Positions 54,497 through 64,000 of a stretch of 64,000 nucleotides of DNA are shown one piece after another. The stretch lies in the NCBI GenBank assembly GCA_963797555.1, contig CAWCPV010000004.1:736001-800000 (forward strand), given 5' to 3'. A program made the translations under genes and the position numbers. The notes beneath the pieces were generated by a model, which saw only the letters and a program-made list of their open reading frames with translations, was not told the origin of the DNA and did no database searches. This stretch comes from an uncultured Gammaproteobacteria bacterium. GTDB lineage: Bacteria > Pseudomonadota > Gammaproteobacteria > CAWCPV01. Position 1 is the stretch's first letter, and the number at the start of each line of letters is the position of its first letter.

Positions 54497-56473
54497 ATGG
54501 CGGAGAATCTGTGGGACGATCAGGACGCTGCCGGGTACCTGGGCGATCTGGCCTTGCGGGTCTATACCTCACGGCTGCTGGGCCGCGATCCTGCACTGGT
54601 CCTGCATGGTGGCGGCAACACTTCCGTGAAGATCCGGGAGCGCAACGTCCTCGGCGAGGAGCAGGACGTGCTTTACGTGAAGGGCTCGGGCTGGGACCTG
54701 GCGACCATCGAGGCTGCGGGGTTTACCCCCATTCGCATGGACCACTTGCTCCGGCTGGCGCGCCTGGAGGCGCTGTCGGACCTGCAGATGGTGAACGAGC
54801 TGAAGACCCAGCAGACCGACGCCGCGGCGCCCACCGGCTCGGTGGAGGCCATTTTGCACGCCGTCCTGCCCTACCGGTACGTCGACCACACCCACGCCGA
54901 CGCCCTGATTACCCTGACCAACACCCCTCAAGGCGAGGCGCGGGTGCGCGAGGCCTGCGGGGACTCGGTTGTGGTGGTCCCCTACGTGATGCCCGGGTTC
55001 GACCTGGCCCGCGTGGTGGCCCAGCGCTTCCCCGCCCAGGCCGACGAGCGGACCATCGGCATGGTGCTGATGAGCCACGGTCTGTTCTCCTTCGGCGCCA
55101 CGGCCCGCGAGTCCTACGAGCGCATGATTGTGCTGGTCAACCGCGTCGAGGATTACCTGAAGGCCCAGGGGGCCTGGGACCTGCCGGAGGCCTCGGCGGG
55201 CGAGCCGACGGCGGGGCGCCGCGTGGAACGGGCAGAACTGCGTCTGCAGGTCTCGGAGGCGGCGGGCTCGCCGATGGTGCTGCGCTGCGAGGACACGGCC
55301 GAAATCCTGGCGTTCTGCCGCCGCGACGACTTGACGCGCATCACCCAGCAAGGTCCGGCGACCCCCGACCATGTCATCCGCACCAAGCGTACCCCGTTGC
55401 TGGGGCGCGACGTGGCGGGCTATGCGGAAGACTACCGGGCCTACTTCGCCGAGCACGCGCCCCGGGCCCGGACGCCGGTTACTCCGCTCGATCCGGCCCC
55501 GCGCGTGATCCTGGACCCGGCGCTGGGCATGCTCACCGCCGGCCGTAGCGCACGGGAGGCGATCATCGTCGCCGACGTGTACCGCCACACCCTGCAGATC
55601 ATCCAGCGCTCCGAGCGCTTGGGCGGCTGGCAGGCGCTGCCCGCCCGGGACATCTTCGATGTGGAGTACTGGGAGCTGGAGCAGGCCAAGCTGCGCAAAA
55701 GCGCGAAGGCACCCGTGTTCCAAGGCGAGATCGCTCTGGTCACCGGGGCCGCCTCCGGGATCGGACGGGCCTGCGTGGAGTCCCTGCTCCAGCGCGGCGC
55801 GGCGGTGGTGGGGCTGGACGTGACCCCCGCGATGCAGGACATGGGTGATCGGCCCGATCTCCTGAACATCGTCTGCGACGTGACCGACACCGGTCAGGTG
55901 CAGACCGCCCTGGACCGGACGGTCCACGCCTTCGGCGGACTGGACATGCTGATCCTCAATGCGGGCCTGTTCCCCGGCGGGACTCGTATTGCGGAGCTGG
56001 ACGAGGTCACCTGGCGGCGGGTGATGGCGGTCAATCTGGACGCCAACCTGAATCTGCTGCGCGACTGCTACCCCCTGCTGAAGCTGGCGCCTGGGCGCGG
56101 CCGGGTGGTGGTCATCGGGTCCAAGAACGTCCCGGCGCCCGGGCCGGGCGCCGCGGCCTACTCAGCGTCCAAGGCAGCCCTGACCCAGCTCATGCGGGTG
56201 GCCGCCCTGGAGTGGGGGCTGGAGGGGATCCGGGTCAACGCGCTGCACCCCGACGCGGTCTTCGACACCGGGCTGTGGACCGAGGAAATTCTGGCGGCGC
56301 GCGCCTCCCAGTACGAAATGACGGTGGAGCAGTACAAGACCAAGAACCTTCTCAGGACCGAAGTGTGCAGTCGCGACGTGGCGGAACTGGCCGCGGAGAT
56401 GTGCGGCGCGCTCTTCGCCAAGACCACCGGCGCCCAGGTGCCGGTCGACGGGGGCAACGACCGAGTAGTCTAA
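54497..56473 (+). CDS. Bifunctional class II aldolase / short-chain dehydrogenase
   Basis: LVLHGGGNTSVK, VDHTH, TPDHVIRTK, YWELEQAKL, TGAASGIG, YSASK. Confidence 0.93.
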   Translation: MAENLWDDQDAAGYLGDLALRVYTSRLLGRDPALVLHGGGNTSVKIRERNVLGEEQDVLYVKGSGWDLATIEAAGFTPIRMDHLLRLARLEALSDLQMVNELKTQQTDAAAPTGSVEAILHAVLPYRYVDHTHADALITLTNTPQGEARVREACGDSVVVVPYVMPGFDLARVVAQRFPAQADERTIGMVLMSHGLFSFGATARESYERMIVLVNRVEDYLKAQGAWDLPEASAGEPTAGRRVERAELRLQVSEAAGSPMVLRCEDTAEILAFCRRDDLTRITQQGPATPDHVIRTKRTPLLGRDVAGYAEDYRAYFAEHAPRARTPVTPLDPAPRVILDPALGMLTAGRSAREAIIVADVYRHTLQIIQRSERLGGWQALPARDIFDVEYWELEQAKLRKSAKAPVFQGEIALVTGAASGIGRACVESLLQRGAAVVGLDVTPAMQDMGDRPDLLNIVCDVTDTGQVQTALDRTVHAFGGLDMLILNAGLFPGGTRIAELDEVTWRRVMAVNLDANLNLLRDCYPLLKLAPGRGRVVVIGSKNVPAPGPGAAAYSASKAALTQLMRVAALEWGLEGIRVNALHPDAVFDTGLWTEEILAARASQYEMTVEQYKTKNLLRTEVCSRDVAELAAEMCGALFAKTTGAQVPVDGGNDRVV

Positions 56474-56772
56474 CGGCTCGTCCCAAACAACTGAATCCAG
56501 TGTCCGTGGGCAGGATGGTGTAGTTTCCACTCGCGCTGGATATTTGAGAGCGGATGACGCGCTGAAACAGGCACAGGACGGCCTGCTTGGGGCCCTGGGC
56601 AAGCCGCCGGCGTGGGAGTTCCCCGTCACCCTCGGTCGGACCTGCGCCGCGGCCTGTGTTAAGGTGCAGTTCGGGGCGGGGCGCGCGGGCGCCGAAAGCG
56701 GCGGCGCGTCAAGGTAGCGGGTTTCAGCCGACGGGGGCGGGCTACCGCTTGAGCCGGGGTGGGGAGGTCGTC

Positions 56773-57801
56773 ATGACACAGCGGGTGACCTGGCTGGTTC
56801 TCGGGTGGGCCCTATGGCTCGCATGCGCCTCGGCCGGGCAGGCCGTGGTGCGTTCGGTGCTGTTCTATTCCCCTACCTGTCCCCACTGCCATGAGGTGAT
56901 GACCAACGCCCTCCCTCCGATCCTCGATCGTTTCGGCAAACAGCTTCGCATCGTCGGTGTGGACGTGACCCGCCCCGCCGGCAAGGCCCTCTATCGGTCG
57001 GCGGTCAAGCGCTACGCGATCCCCGATGATCGTCGCGGTGTGCCGACCTTGATCATCGGGAACACGGTCCTGGTCGGCTCGGAGGAGATTCCCCGCGAGC
57101 TGCCCGACCTGGTGGTCCGCGCCTTGGCTGCTGGCGGCACCGCCTGGCCGGACATCCCGGGGCTGGCCGTGGCGCTTCCCGGGGAGGTCGGTGCCCAGAA
57201 GCTCGCTGCCGACCAGCAGAGCGGTTGGCCGGAGCGGTTTGCGCGAGACCCGCTCGCCAACGGCCTGGCGGTAGCGGCGCTGGGGCTGATGGTCACGATA
57301 GCGGTCCCGGCCAGCCGGCGCATGCCCAAGGCATGGCGAGGCCGCAGCCGGCTCGGCTGGCCGGTGCCGATGCTGGCGCTGACCGGACTCGCCATCGCTG
57401 GTTACCTGGCCTATGTGGAGACCAGCGGAGCGGCGGCCGTGTGTGGCGCGGTGGGAGACTGCAACGCCGTGCAGCAGAGCGCATATGCGCGCCCGTTCGG
57501 CATCCCCATCGCGGTGTTGGGCGTGTGCACCTACCTGACGGTTCTGCTCGCCTGGGGGCTCACCCGCTGGCGGCGCGTGCGGCTGGATGTTTGGGCGCAT
57601 CGGATACTGCTCGTAGCGGCTGCCGCGGGGGCAGCCTTCTCGGCCTATCTGACCTTCCTCGAGCCCTTCGTCATCGGTGCCACCTGTCTCTGGTGCCTGT
57701 GCTCTGCCCTGATCATGACCGCTCTGCTGTGGATCAGCACCCGCCCGGACCCGGTCACGATCGGCGGTCCGCGCAGCGGCGGCCCAAGCGGCGCGCGCTG
57801 A
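56773..57801 (+). CDS. Thioredoxin-like + vitamin K epoxide reductase (VKOR) fusion
   Basis: Signal peptide, FYSPTCPHC, then VKOR motifs C..VGDCNAVQQS..., GIP, CLWC. Confidence 0.85.
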   Translation: MTQRVTWLVLGWALWLACASAGQAVVRSVLFYSPTCPHCHEVMTNALPPILDRFGKQLRIVGVDVTRPAGKALYRSAVKRYAIPDDRRGVPTLIIGNTVLVGSEEIPRELPDLVVRALAAGGTAWPDIPGLAVALPGEVGAQKLAADQQSGWPERFARDPLANGLAVAALGLMVTIAVPASRRMPKAWRGRSRLGWPVPMLALTGLAIAGYLAYVETSGAAAVCGAVGDCNAVQQSAYARPFGIPIAVLGVCTYLTVLLAWGLTRWRRVRLDVWAHRILLVAAAAGAAFSAYLTFLEPFVIGATCLWCLCSALIMTALLWISTRPDPVTIGGPRSGGPSGAR

Positions 57802-57829
57802 TCGCGGCCACGGCGCGGAGGCTGGGCGC

Positions 57830-58095
57830 ATTGGTCAACGCCGTGATGTATTTCCAGCCCTCGGCCGAGAGCGCCTCCTTGCCCCTGGCCTTGATCATGC
57901 CGCGGTCGCCGACCAAGACCACCTCTTCGACGGCGGATTGCTCCTTGAGGACCCGGATTTGCTCGGCGAGCGTGCTGGGGTCGGCCGTATTGCCCTCAAA
58001 TACCGGTACCGCCAAGGGCTCCCCATCATCGGCGCTGAGCAATCCGATGACCATCTGCAGCTTGCCGCGTTTGCCATCGCCGTGTCGTCCCGCAT
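57830..58095 (-). mobile_element. IS1634-like transposase internal fragment
   Basis: DGKRGKLQMVIGLL..DGEPLAVPVFEGNTAD...VVLVGDRGM...YITAL. Confidence 0.75.
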
Positions 58096-58861
58096 GAACT
58101 TGTGCATTACTTGCCGGCCCCGCAGAAAGCATGAGCGGAAATGCTGTGCAACGATAGGCTCTAATCGAATCCATACGACACTGAGCCCGACTCAGATGGA
58201 GTCGGGCACGGTTTCGGTAGAGGTTCGCCGGAGCGGCGAGCAAGGGTGCGATTTCCTTCATCACCTATGGTCGCTGCCGCACGGGAACAGTCTTGGATCT
58301 AGAGTCGTCACTGGGAATTCGGGCCCATATGCCCCTCACCGTTTTTTCCAGTTCGAGGTGGCTGTCCTACGGCGCTCCTTTACACTCACGGAAGCGTACC
58401 CTTGACGGGTAGGGCCTATTGGGTGAAGATTCGCGTCGGATAACGCAGGCGAAATCCCTACGTGCGGTGCAGCATCAGGCCGACAGTGGTTAGGCTGGTG
58501 GGGCATAGATGATCCCGCGAGACCGGCTCTTCCCAACTCGCGGATGTCGTGATGCGTTGGCCGAACTTGAGGCGGGCCGCGACTCCCCGGCGCGCTGCGG
58601 CTCATGGACCGTCTTGGACGGTGGCTCCGACCGAGGCCGCGCCGAGGGGATGGTACGCTGGCTGGAGACTCGACAATGGAAGGCCGGAGTAGTTGCTGCG
58701 CAAAGTCGCGTAAGACGCCTGCGTTTCGAGGCGGTGGCCCGGCCAGGGCGGAGGCACTGACGGTCTGCTCACCGAGCGCCGCTGCCCCGCCGGTTAGCCC
58801 ACACTTGGCGCACTCCCACTACGCGGTGTTGGACCGCTCGCCTCCAAAACCAGGAGATCCG

Positions 58862-59980
58862 ATGACGAACTTTGTGGCCGAACATCGCGCACGCAGCGCG
58901 CACCGCGTCAAGGTCTTCGCGATCGTAGTCACGAGCCTGTTGCTGGGGGCGGGGTGCGCGCGAGAAGAGAAAAAGCCCGAGGACATTCGGCCGGTGAATG
59001 CCGCGCGGGTCATGGAGAACTCCGCCGCGGTCGTGTCGGACTATGCGGGCTACGTGGAGCCCCGCTACGAAATGCCCCTCGCTTTCCGTATTTCAGGCAA
59101 GCTCCTGGAGCGCGACGTGGACGTAGGCGCCTTGGTCAAGCGCGGACAGCTATTGGCACGGCTCGACACCGCCGACCAGGAAGCCAATGTCGCCTCCGCG
59201 CGAGCCCAGGTTCTCTCGGCGGAATCCGACTATGGTCAGGCCAAGGCTGACTACGAGCGCTTTCGGGAGTCGTTCGCAAAGAAGTTCATCAGCGCAACCG
59301 AATTCGATCGCTACAAGACTGCATACAGTGTCGCCGCGCAGCGCGTCGAGCAGGCCCGCGCTCAGCTCAAGCTGACCGAGAACCAATCGGCGTATACGAC
59401 GTTGACGGCCAACTACGACGGGGTTATCACCGCGACCAAGGCAGAGGCGGGCCAGGTGGTGTCCGTTGGAGAGACGGTCGTGACGCTGGCGCGGCCGGAA
59501 GAGAAAGAGGTCGCGATCAGCATACCGGAGAACCGCCTGGGCGAACTCGGCGCGGCCACGGATATCCGGGTGAGCTTGTGGGTGAACCCCAGCCGGTACT
59601 ATAAAGGGAAGCTTCGCGAAGTCTCGCCGATCGCGGACGACGTCACCAGGACCTACCCAGCGAAGGTCACCCTAGTCGACCCGGACGACGCGGTCAAGCT
59701 GGGTATGACTGCCACCGTGTTTCTCACCAGGCCGGCGCCGCCGCATGTTGTGCAGGTGCCGTTGACCGCGTTGTACGAGCGCGATGCCCATCCTTTCGTC
59801 TGGGTGATCGACTCCCAGAAGGGGGTAGTCAAGCTCACTCCCGTCACTGTCGGCAAGTACCTCAAGGATGCGGTGACCATAACCTCCGGGCTGCAGCCTG
59901 GGGAACTGGTGGTAAGTGCAGGCGTCGACAAGCTGATCGACGGACAGAAGGTGCGAGTGCTCCCCGAGGACTGGCGATGA
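58862..59980 (+). CDS. RND efflux membrane fusion protein
   Basis: Lipoprotein-like leader LLGAGC, FRISGKL, GQLLARLD, GLQPGELVV; GGAG RBS. Confidence 0.92.
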   Translation: MTNFVAEHRARSAHRVKVFAIVVTSLLLGAGCAREEKKPEDIRPVNAARVMENSAAVVSDYAGYVEPRYEMPLAFRISGKLLERDVDVGALVKRGQLLARLDTADQEANVASARAQVLSAESDYGQAKADYERFRESFAKKFISATEFDRYKTAYSVAAQRVEQARAQLKLTENQSAYTTLTANYDGVITATKAEAGQVVSVGETVVTLARPEEKEVAISIPENRLGELGAATDIRVSLWVNPSRYYKGKLREVSPIADDVTRTYPAKVTLVDPDDAVKLGMTATVFLTRPAPPHVVQVPLTALYERDAHPFVWVIDSQKGVVKLTPVTVGKYLKDAVTITSGLQPGELVVSAGVDKLIDGQKVRVLPEDWR

Positions 59981-62900
59981 AGCAGTTCAACCTCTCCGAG
60001 TGGGCGCTGGAGCACCAGTCGCTCGTCCTCTACTGCATGATCGCGCTATTTGCCGCTGGCATGTACGCCGTCCACGGTCTGGGTGAGGCGGAAGACCCGG
60101 ACTTCACCTTCAAGCTGATGGTGGTGCAGACGATGTGGCCCGGCGCCACCACCACGCAGGTGGAGCAGGAGATCACGGACCGCATCGAAAAGAAGCTGCA
60201 GGAGACGCCTTGGCTGGGATCTGTCCGTAGCTATTCCAAGCCTGGCGAGTCGACGATCTTCGTGGTGCTGAAAGAGGCCGCTCCACCGAAGGACGTGCCC
60301 GAAATCTGGTACCAAGTGCGCAAGGAGGTGGGGGACATCACGTCTACGTTGCCCGACGGCGTGCAGGGGCCGTACTTTAACGACGAGTTCGGGGACACCT
60401 TTGGCAACGTATATGCCTTTACCGCCGATGGATTCTCCTACGCACAGCTTAAGGATTACGTGGAGGACGTGCGCAAGGAGATCCTGCGCGTCCCCGATGT
60501 CGCCAAGGCCGACCTCGTCGGAGTCCAGGAGGAGCGCATCTACGTCGAAGTGTCCCAAAAAAAGTTTGCCAACCTGGGGATCGATCCGTACCACTTCTTC
60601 GACGATCTCAAGAACCAGAACGCGATGACGCCAGCGGGCCACTTTGACTCCCCGTTCGACCGCTTCTACGTTCGTGTCACGGGCGCCTTCGATTCCGTGG
60701 ATAAGATTCGCGAGATCGGCATCCGGGCGAATGGGCATCTGTTCCGCCTCGGCGATATCGCCCGTGTTTACCGCGCCTACGTCGATCCGCCCGTATTCAA
60801 GATGCGTTACATGGGCCACGATGCGATCGGGCTCGCAGTGTCGATGACGAAGGGTGGCAACATCGTCGAGCTCGGCGAGAACCTCCGTAAGGCATTCGAT
60901 GGCATCAAGGCGAACATGCCCCGCGGCATCGAGGTGTATCAGGTCTCGAATCAGCCCTTGGTGGTTCAACGCTCGGTCAATGAGTTCTTGGAGACGCTCT
61001 TAGCGGCGGTCGTGATCGTCCTCGCCGTCAGCTTCCTCAGCCTGGGATTGAGGACGGGGCTCGTGGTCGCGACCTCGATACCCCTCGTGCTGTGCGTGAC
61101 TTTCCTACTGATGTGGCTTTACGGCATCGACCTGCAACGGATCTCCCTCGGCGCCCTGATCATCGCACTGGGGTTACTGGTCGACGATGCCATCATCGCC
61201 GTGGAGATGATGGCCACCAAGATGGAGCAGGGCTGGGAGCGCAAGAAAGCGGCAAGCTTCGCCTACACGTCCACAGCATTTCCCATGCTCACAGGAACCT
61301 TGGTCACCATTTCAGGTTTTCTGCCGGTGGGCCTCGCAAGGTCTTCGGCTGGCGAGTTCACTTTTTCCCTCTTTGCCGTCGTGAGCATCGCGCTGCTGGT
61401 GTCATGGGTGGTCGCCGTTCTTTTCACGCCTTACATCGGCTACAAGATCCTTCCCGACTTCAAACCTAGGCCGGGGCACGACCACAACGTCTACCAACGG
61501 CCGTTCTATAGGGGTTTTCGTCGCGTCGTGACCTGGTGCGTAACGCACCGCAAGCTGGTAATCCTCGTTACCGTAGGGGTCTTCGCGCTGGCGCTGTTCG
61601 CCTTTCGTTTCGTGCAGGACCAGTTTTTCCCCCCTTCCAATCGACCGGAGCTCATCATGGATTTGAGGCTTCCTGAAGGAGCCTCTTTCGCAGCGACGGA
61701 GCGCGAGGTCGAGCGAATGGAAGGATTGCTTAAAGGCGATCCCAACATCGTCAACTACGTAGCTTACGTCGGCGGCAACACGCCGCGCTTCTACCTGCCT
61801 CTCGACCAGCAACTCAATCAGATCAACATCGCTCAGATCGTCATTCTCGCCAAGGACAACAAGGCGCGGGAGGCAGTCAACGATCGCCTGCAGAAAGTCC
61901 TCGCGGACCAGTTCACCGGCCTGCGCGGGCGCATCAACCGCCTCGAAAACGGACCGCCTGTGGGCTATCCCATACAGTTCCGGGTGAGCGGCAAGGATCC
62001 GAATCTGGTACGGCACTATGCTGAAGAAGTAGCCGCCGTGATGCGTCGGAATCCACATGCGCTGAATGTGAACCTCGACTGGAATGAGCGCACCAAGGTG
62101 ATCAAGCTGAACATCGATCAGAACAAAGCGAGGGCGATCGGGATCGACTCGCAGGATCTATCCGCCGTTTTGAACGCGATCCTCGTCGGCTATGACATCA
62201 CGGAGTACCGGGAAAAGGACAAGCTGATAAAGGTCGTGGCGCGCGCGCCAGCCAACGAGCGCGTCGATGTTGCGGACTTGGGCGATATCACAGTGCCCAC
62301 GTCAAGCGGGAAGTACATTCCTCTGGCTCAAATTGCGAAGCCTTCGTACGAGTTCGAAGACGGCATCATTTGGCGGCGTCAACGACTGCCGACCATCACG
62401 GTCCGTTCCGACATCTTCGGAGACATCCAGGCGCCTGTGGTCACGGCGCAGATCAATCCGGAGTTGGACCCCATCCGGGCCAAGCTCCCCGAGGGCTATT
62501 ACATCGAGGTGGGAGGCGCCACCGAGGACAGCGCCAAGGCCGGGGCGTCCATCGCCGCCGTCATGCCGCTGATGGTGTTGGCGATCATCACCGTGCTGAT
62601 GATTCAGCTTCAGAGCTTGCAGCGGACGTTCCTGGTGCTGTTGACTGCTCCCCTCGGTCTGATCGGCGTGGTGGCGGTCCTGCTTGTGTGGAACGTTGCC
62701 TTCGGCTTTGTCTCCACACTCGGGGTAATCGCCCTGGCTGGCATGATCATGCGCAACGCGGTCATCTTGATCGATCAGATTGAACAGGACCACAAGAGCG
62801 GGCACTCGCACTGGGACGCCGTGGTCGAGGCGACCGTGAGGCGTTTTCGACCAATTATGCTCACCGCCGCTGCCGCGGTCCTGGCTATGATCCCATTGAC

Positions 62901-63042
62901 GCGCAGCAACTTCTGGGGACCCATGGCGGTCGCTATCATGGGCGGGCTGCTCGTAGCCACGGTACTCACGTTGCTCTTTCTGCCCGCACTCTACTCGGCT
63001 TGGTTCCGGATTAAGAGGCCCGAGGCGCAGAGTGGCCAGTGA
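59977..63042 (+). CDS. RND efflux permease (AcrB/AcrD/AcrF family)
   Basis: FNLSEWAL, EDPDFT, GLLVDDAII, RFRPIMLT. Confidence 0.96.
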   Translation: MKQFNLSEWALEHQSLVLYCMIALFAAGMYAVHGLGEAEDPDFTFKLMVVQTMWPGATTTQVEQEITDRIEKKLQETPWLGSVRSYSKPGESTIFVVLKEAAPPKDVPEIWYQVRKEVGDITSTLPDGVQGPYFNDEFGDTFGNVYAFTADGFSYAQLKDYVEDVRKEILRVPDVAKADLVGVQEERIYVEVSQKKFANLGIDPYHFFDDLKNQNAMTPAGHFDSPFDRFYVRVTGAFDSVDKIREIGIRANGHLFRLGDIARVYRAYVDPPVFKMRYMGHDAIGLAVSMTKGGNIVELGENLRKAFDGIKANMPRGIEVYQVSNQPLVVQRSVNEFLETLLAAVVIVLAVSFLSLGLRTGLVVATSIPLVLCVTFLLMWLYGIDLQRISLGALIIALGLLVDDAIIAVEMMATKMEQGWERKKAASFAYTSTAFPMLTGTLVTISGFLPVGLARSSAGEFTFSLFAVVSIALLVSWVVAVLFTPYIGYKILPDFKPRPGHDHNVYQRPFYRGFRRVVTWCVTHRKLVILVTVGVFALALFAFRFVQDQFFPPSNRPELIMDLRLPEGASFAATEREVERMEGLLKGDPNIVNYVAYVGGNTPRFYLPLDQQLNQINIAQIVILAKDNKAREAVNDRLQKVLADQFTGLRGRINRLENGPPVGYPIQFRVSGKDPNLVRHYAEEVAAVMRRNPHALNVNLDWNERTKVIKLNIDQNKARAIGIDSQDLSAVLNAILVGYDITEYREKDKLIKVVARAPANERVDVADLGDITVPTSSGKYIPLAQIAKPSYEFEDGIIWRRQRLPTITVRSDIFGDIQAPVVTAQINPELDPIRAKLPEGYYIEVGGATEDSAKAGASIAAVMPLMVLAIITVLMIQLQSLQRTFLVLLTAPLGLIGVVAVLLVWNVAFGFVSTLGVIALAGMIMRNAVILIDQIEQDHKSGHSHWDAVVEATVRRFRPIMLTAAAAVLAMIPLTRSNFWGPMAVAIMGGLLVATVLTLLFLPALYSAWFRIKRPEAQSGQ

Positions 63043-63271
63043 GAAGGGCGTGCACACTCCGATTATGAGCGGCCGATGCTCTCGGCAAGGTTCCACGAAT
63101 GCTTCTAGCGGGCGTGTCCAGGGCCAACCCTCGGAGACGCGGCTCACCACGGTGGAATCCACCCAAATCGAGCCGACCGGGGTAGCGGTGGGTAAATAGG
63201 GAGGTGGAGGTTTGGCTAGTTGTTCATGACTCTCCACTATTGTTCATTGCCTCACTCGAGGAGACGGGACC

Positions 63272-64000
63272 ATGACAGAAGAGAGAGCTTCAGGGGTGAT
63301 GTCAGATACCGTAGTGCGTTTGTTTGGCAGGGGTGAGGCGTTTGACTCCGAAGGGTTCATCGGTTTTTTCACCGACAAGCCGATGTACCAGTTTGGTAAT
63401 GGCGAGCCCTGCTTGAACAAAGCGGCCATCAAGGCTTCGGTGGACAACTTTTTCGGTAGTGTGGCGGCGCTCTATCACGACATCAGGAACCTGTGGGAAG
63501 TAGGGGATGTGGTGTTTGTCGAGATGGACGTGACGTATTGGCGCAAAGACGGGACGTCCATCACCTTGCCTTGCTGCGATATCTTCCGGTTCTCGGGCGA
63601 CCAAGTGGCGGAGCTGCGTATCTTCATGGATGCGAATCCTGTGTTTGACAAGTCCATGGTGGTGTCCGCCTCTGCGTCGGTGATGACGGTGAGCGAAGGC
63701 AAGCGGGTGACGCCGCCCGGGACGATGAGGAAGTATTTTGCTGAGCATCCGGAGGGGATCGCCAGGGCGACCCACGGCTTCCCCCCCAAGTGGTCTATCG
63801 CAGGACCGAAATGGCCGATAGTCTCCAAGCTGGATCGAGTGAGGGCTATGGAAGGCGCGGCATGGTCGGGGAACTGGGAATTGTTCAAGACGTTCCTAGC
63901 CGAAGATGCCTCCATGGCAGTCGGGAATCGTGGCGTAGTGCGGACCCCGCAAGGCATCGCAGACTGGTTAAAACTCCATCTCGCGACGGAGCTGACCGTG
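63272..64000 (+). CDS. SnoaL/NTF2-like protein with probable tandem domains (runs off the window)
   Basis: Translated by hand: MTEERASG...FFTDKPMYQFGN...VVFVEMDVTY...CDIFRFSGDQVAELRIFMD, then a second unit FLAEDASMAVGN; GAGGAG RBS. Confidence 0.75.
   Translation, partial: MTEERASGVMSDTVVRLFGRGEAFDSEGFIGFFTDKPMYQFGNGEPCLNKAAIKASVDNFFGSVAALYHDIRNLWEVGDVVFVEMDVTYWRKDGTSITLPCCDIFRFSGDQVAELRIFMDANPVFDKSMVVSASASVMTVSEGKRVTPPGTMRKYFAEHPEGIARATHGFPPKWSIAGPKWPIVSKLDRVRAMEGAAWSGNWELFKTFLAEDASMAVGNRGVVRTPQGIADWLKLHLATELTV

Overview
High-GC window, probably from a gammaproteobacterial chromosome (a SoxK-like gene hints at a sulfur oxidiser). Housekeeping blocks are valS, pcnB-folK-dNK-panBCD, ppc, glgA/glgC/malQ/glgP, tRNA-Glu, tRNA-Leu, xseA, guaBA, tadA, ypjD/ffh, an aldolase-SDR fusion, a Trx-VKOR protein and an RND pump. 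Two accessory regions interrupt them. (1) About 6.1-11.2 kb, beside tRNA-Glu: an inverted-repeat-flanked chimeric copy of two neighbouring genes, and an ORF-less group II intron that appears to sit inside the target-site duplication of an IS1380. (2) About 27.3-44.6 kb, the best candidate for an undescribed system: a minus-strand, capsid-less contractile phage-tail (eCIS-like) cluster with sheath, tube, PAAR, hub/spike, gp25 and baseplate J genes. It carries a 1298-aa putative nuclease toxin with a SUKH-like immunity gene. It ends in a (T/S)K(D/E)-repeat protein translationally coupled to two ATP-grasp-family genes, suggesting graspetide-like cross-linking of a tail-associated protein. Single-base frameshifts in ppc, glgA, glgP, ffh and the hub/spike gene look like sequencing errors. 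All product calls come from motif recognition by eye; no searches were run.
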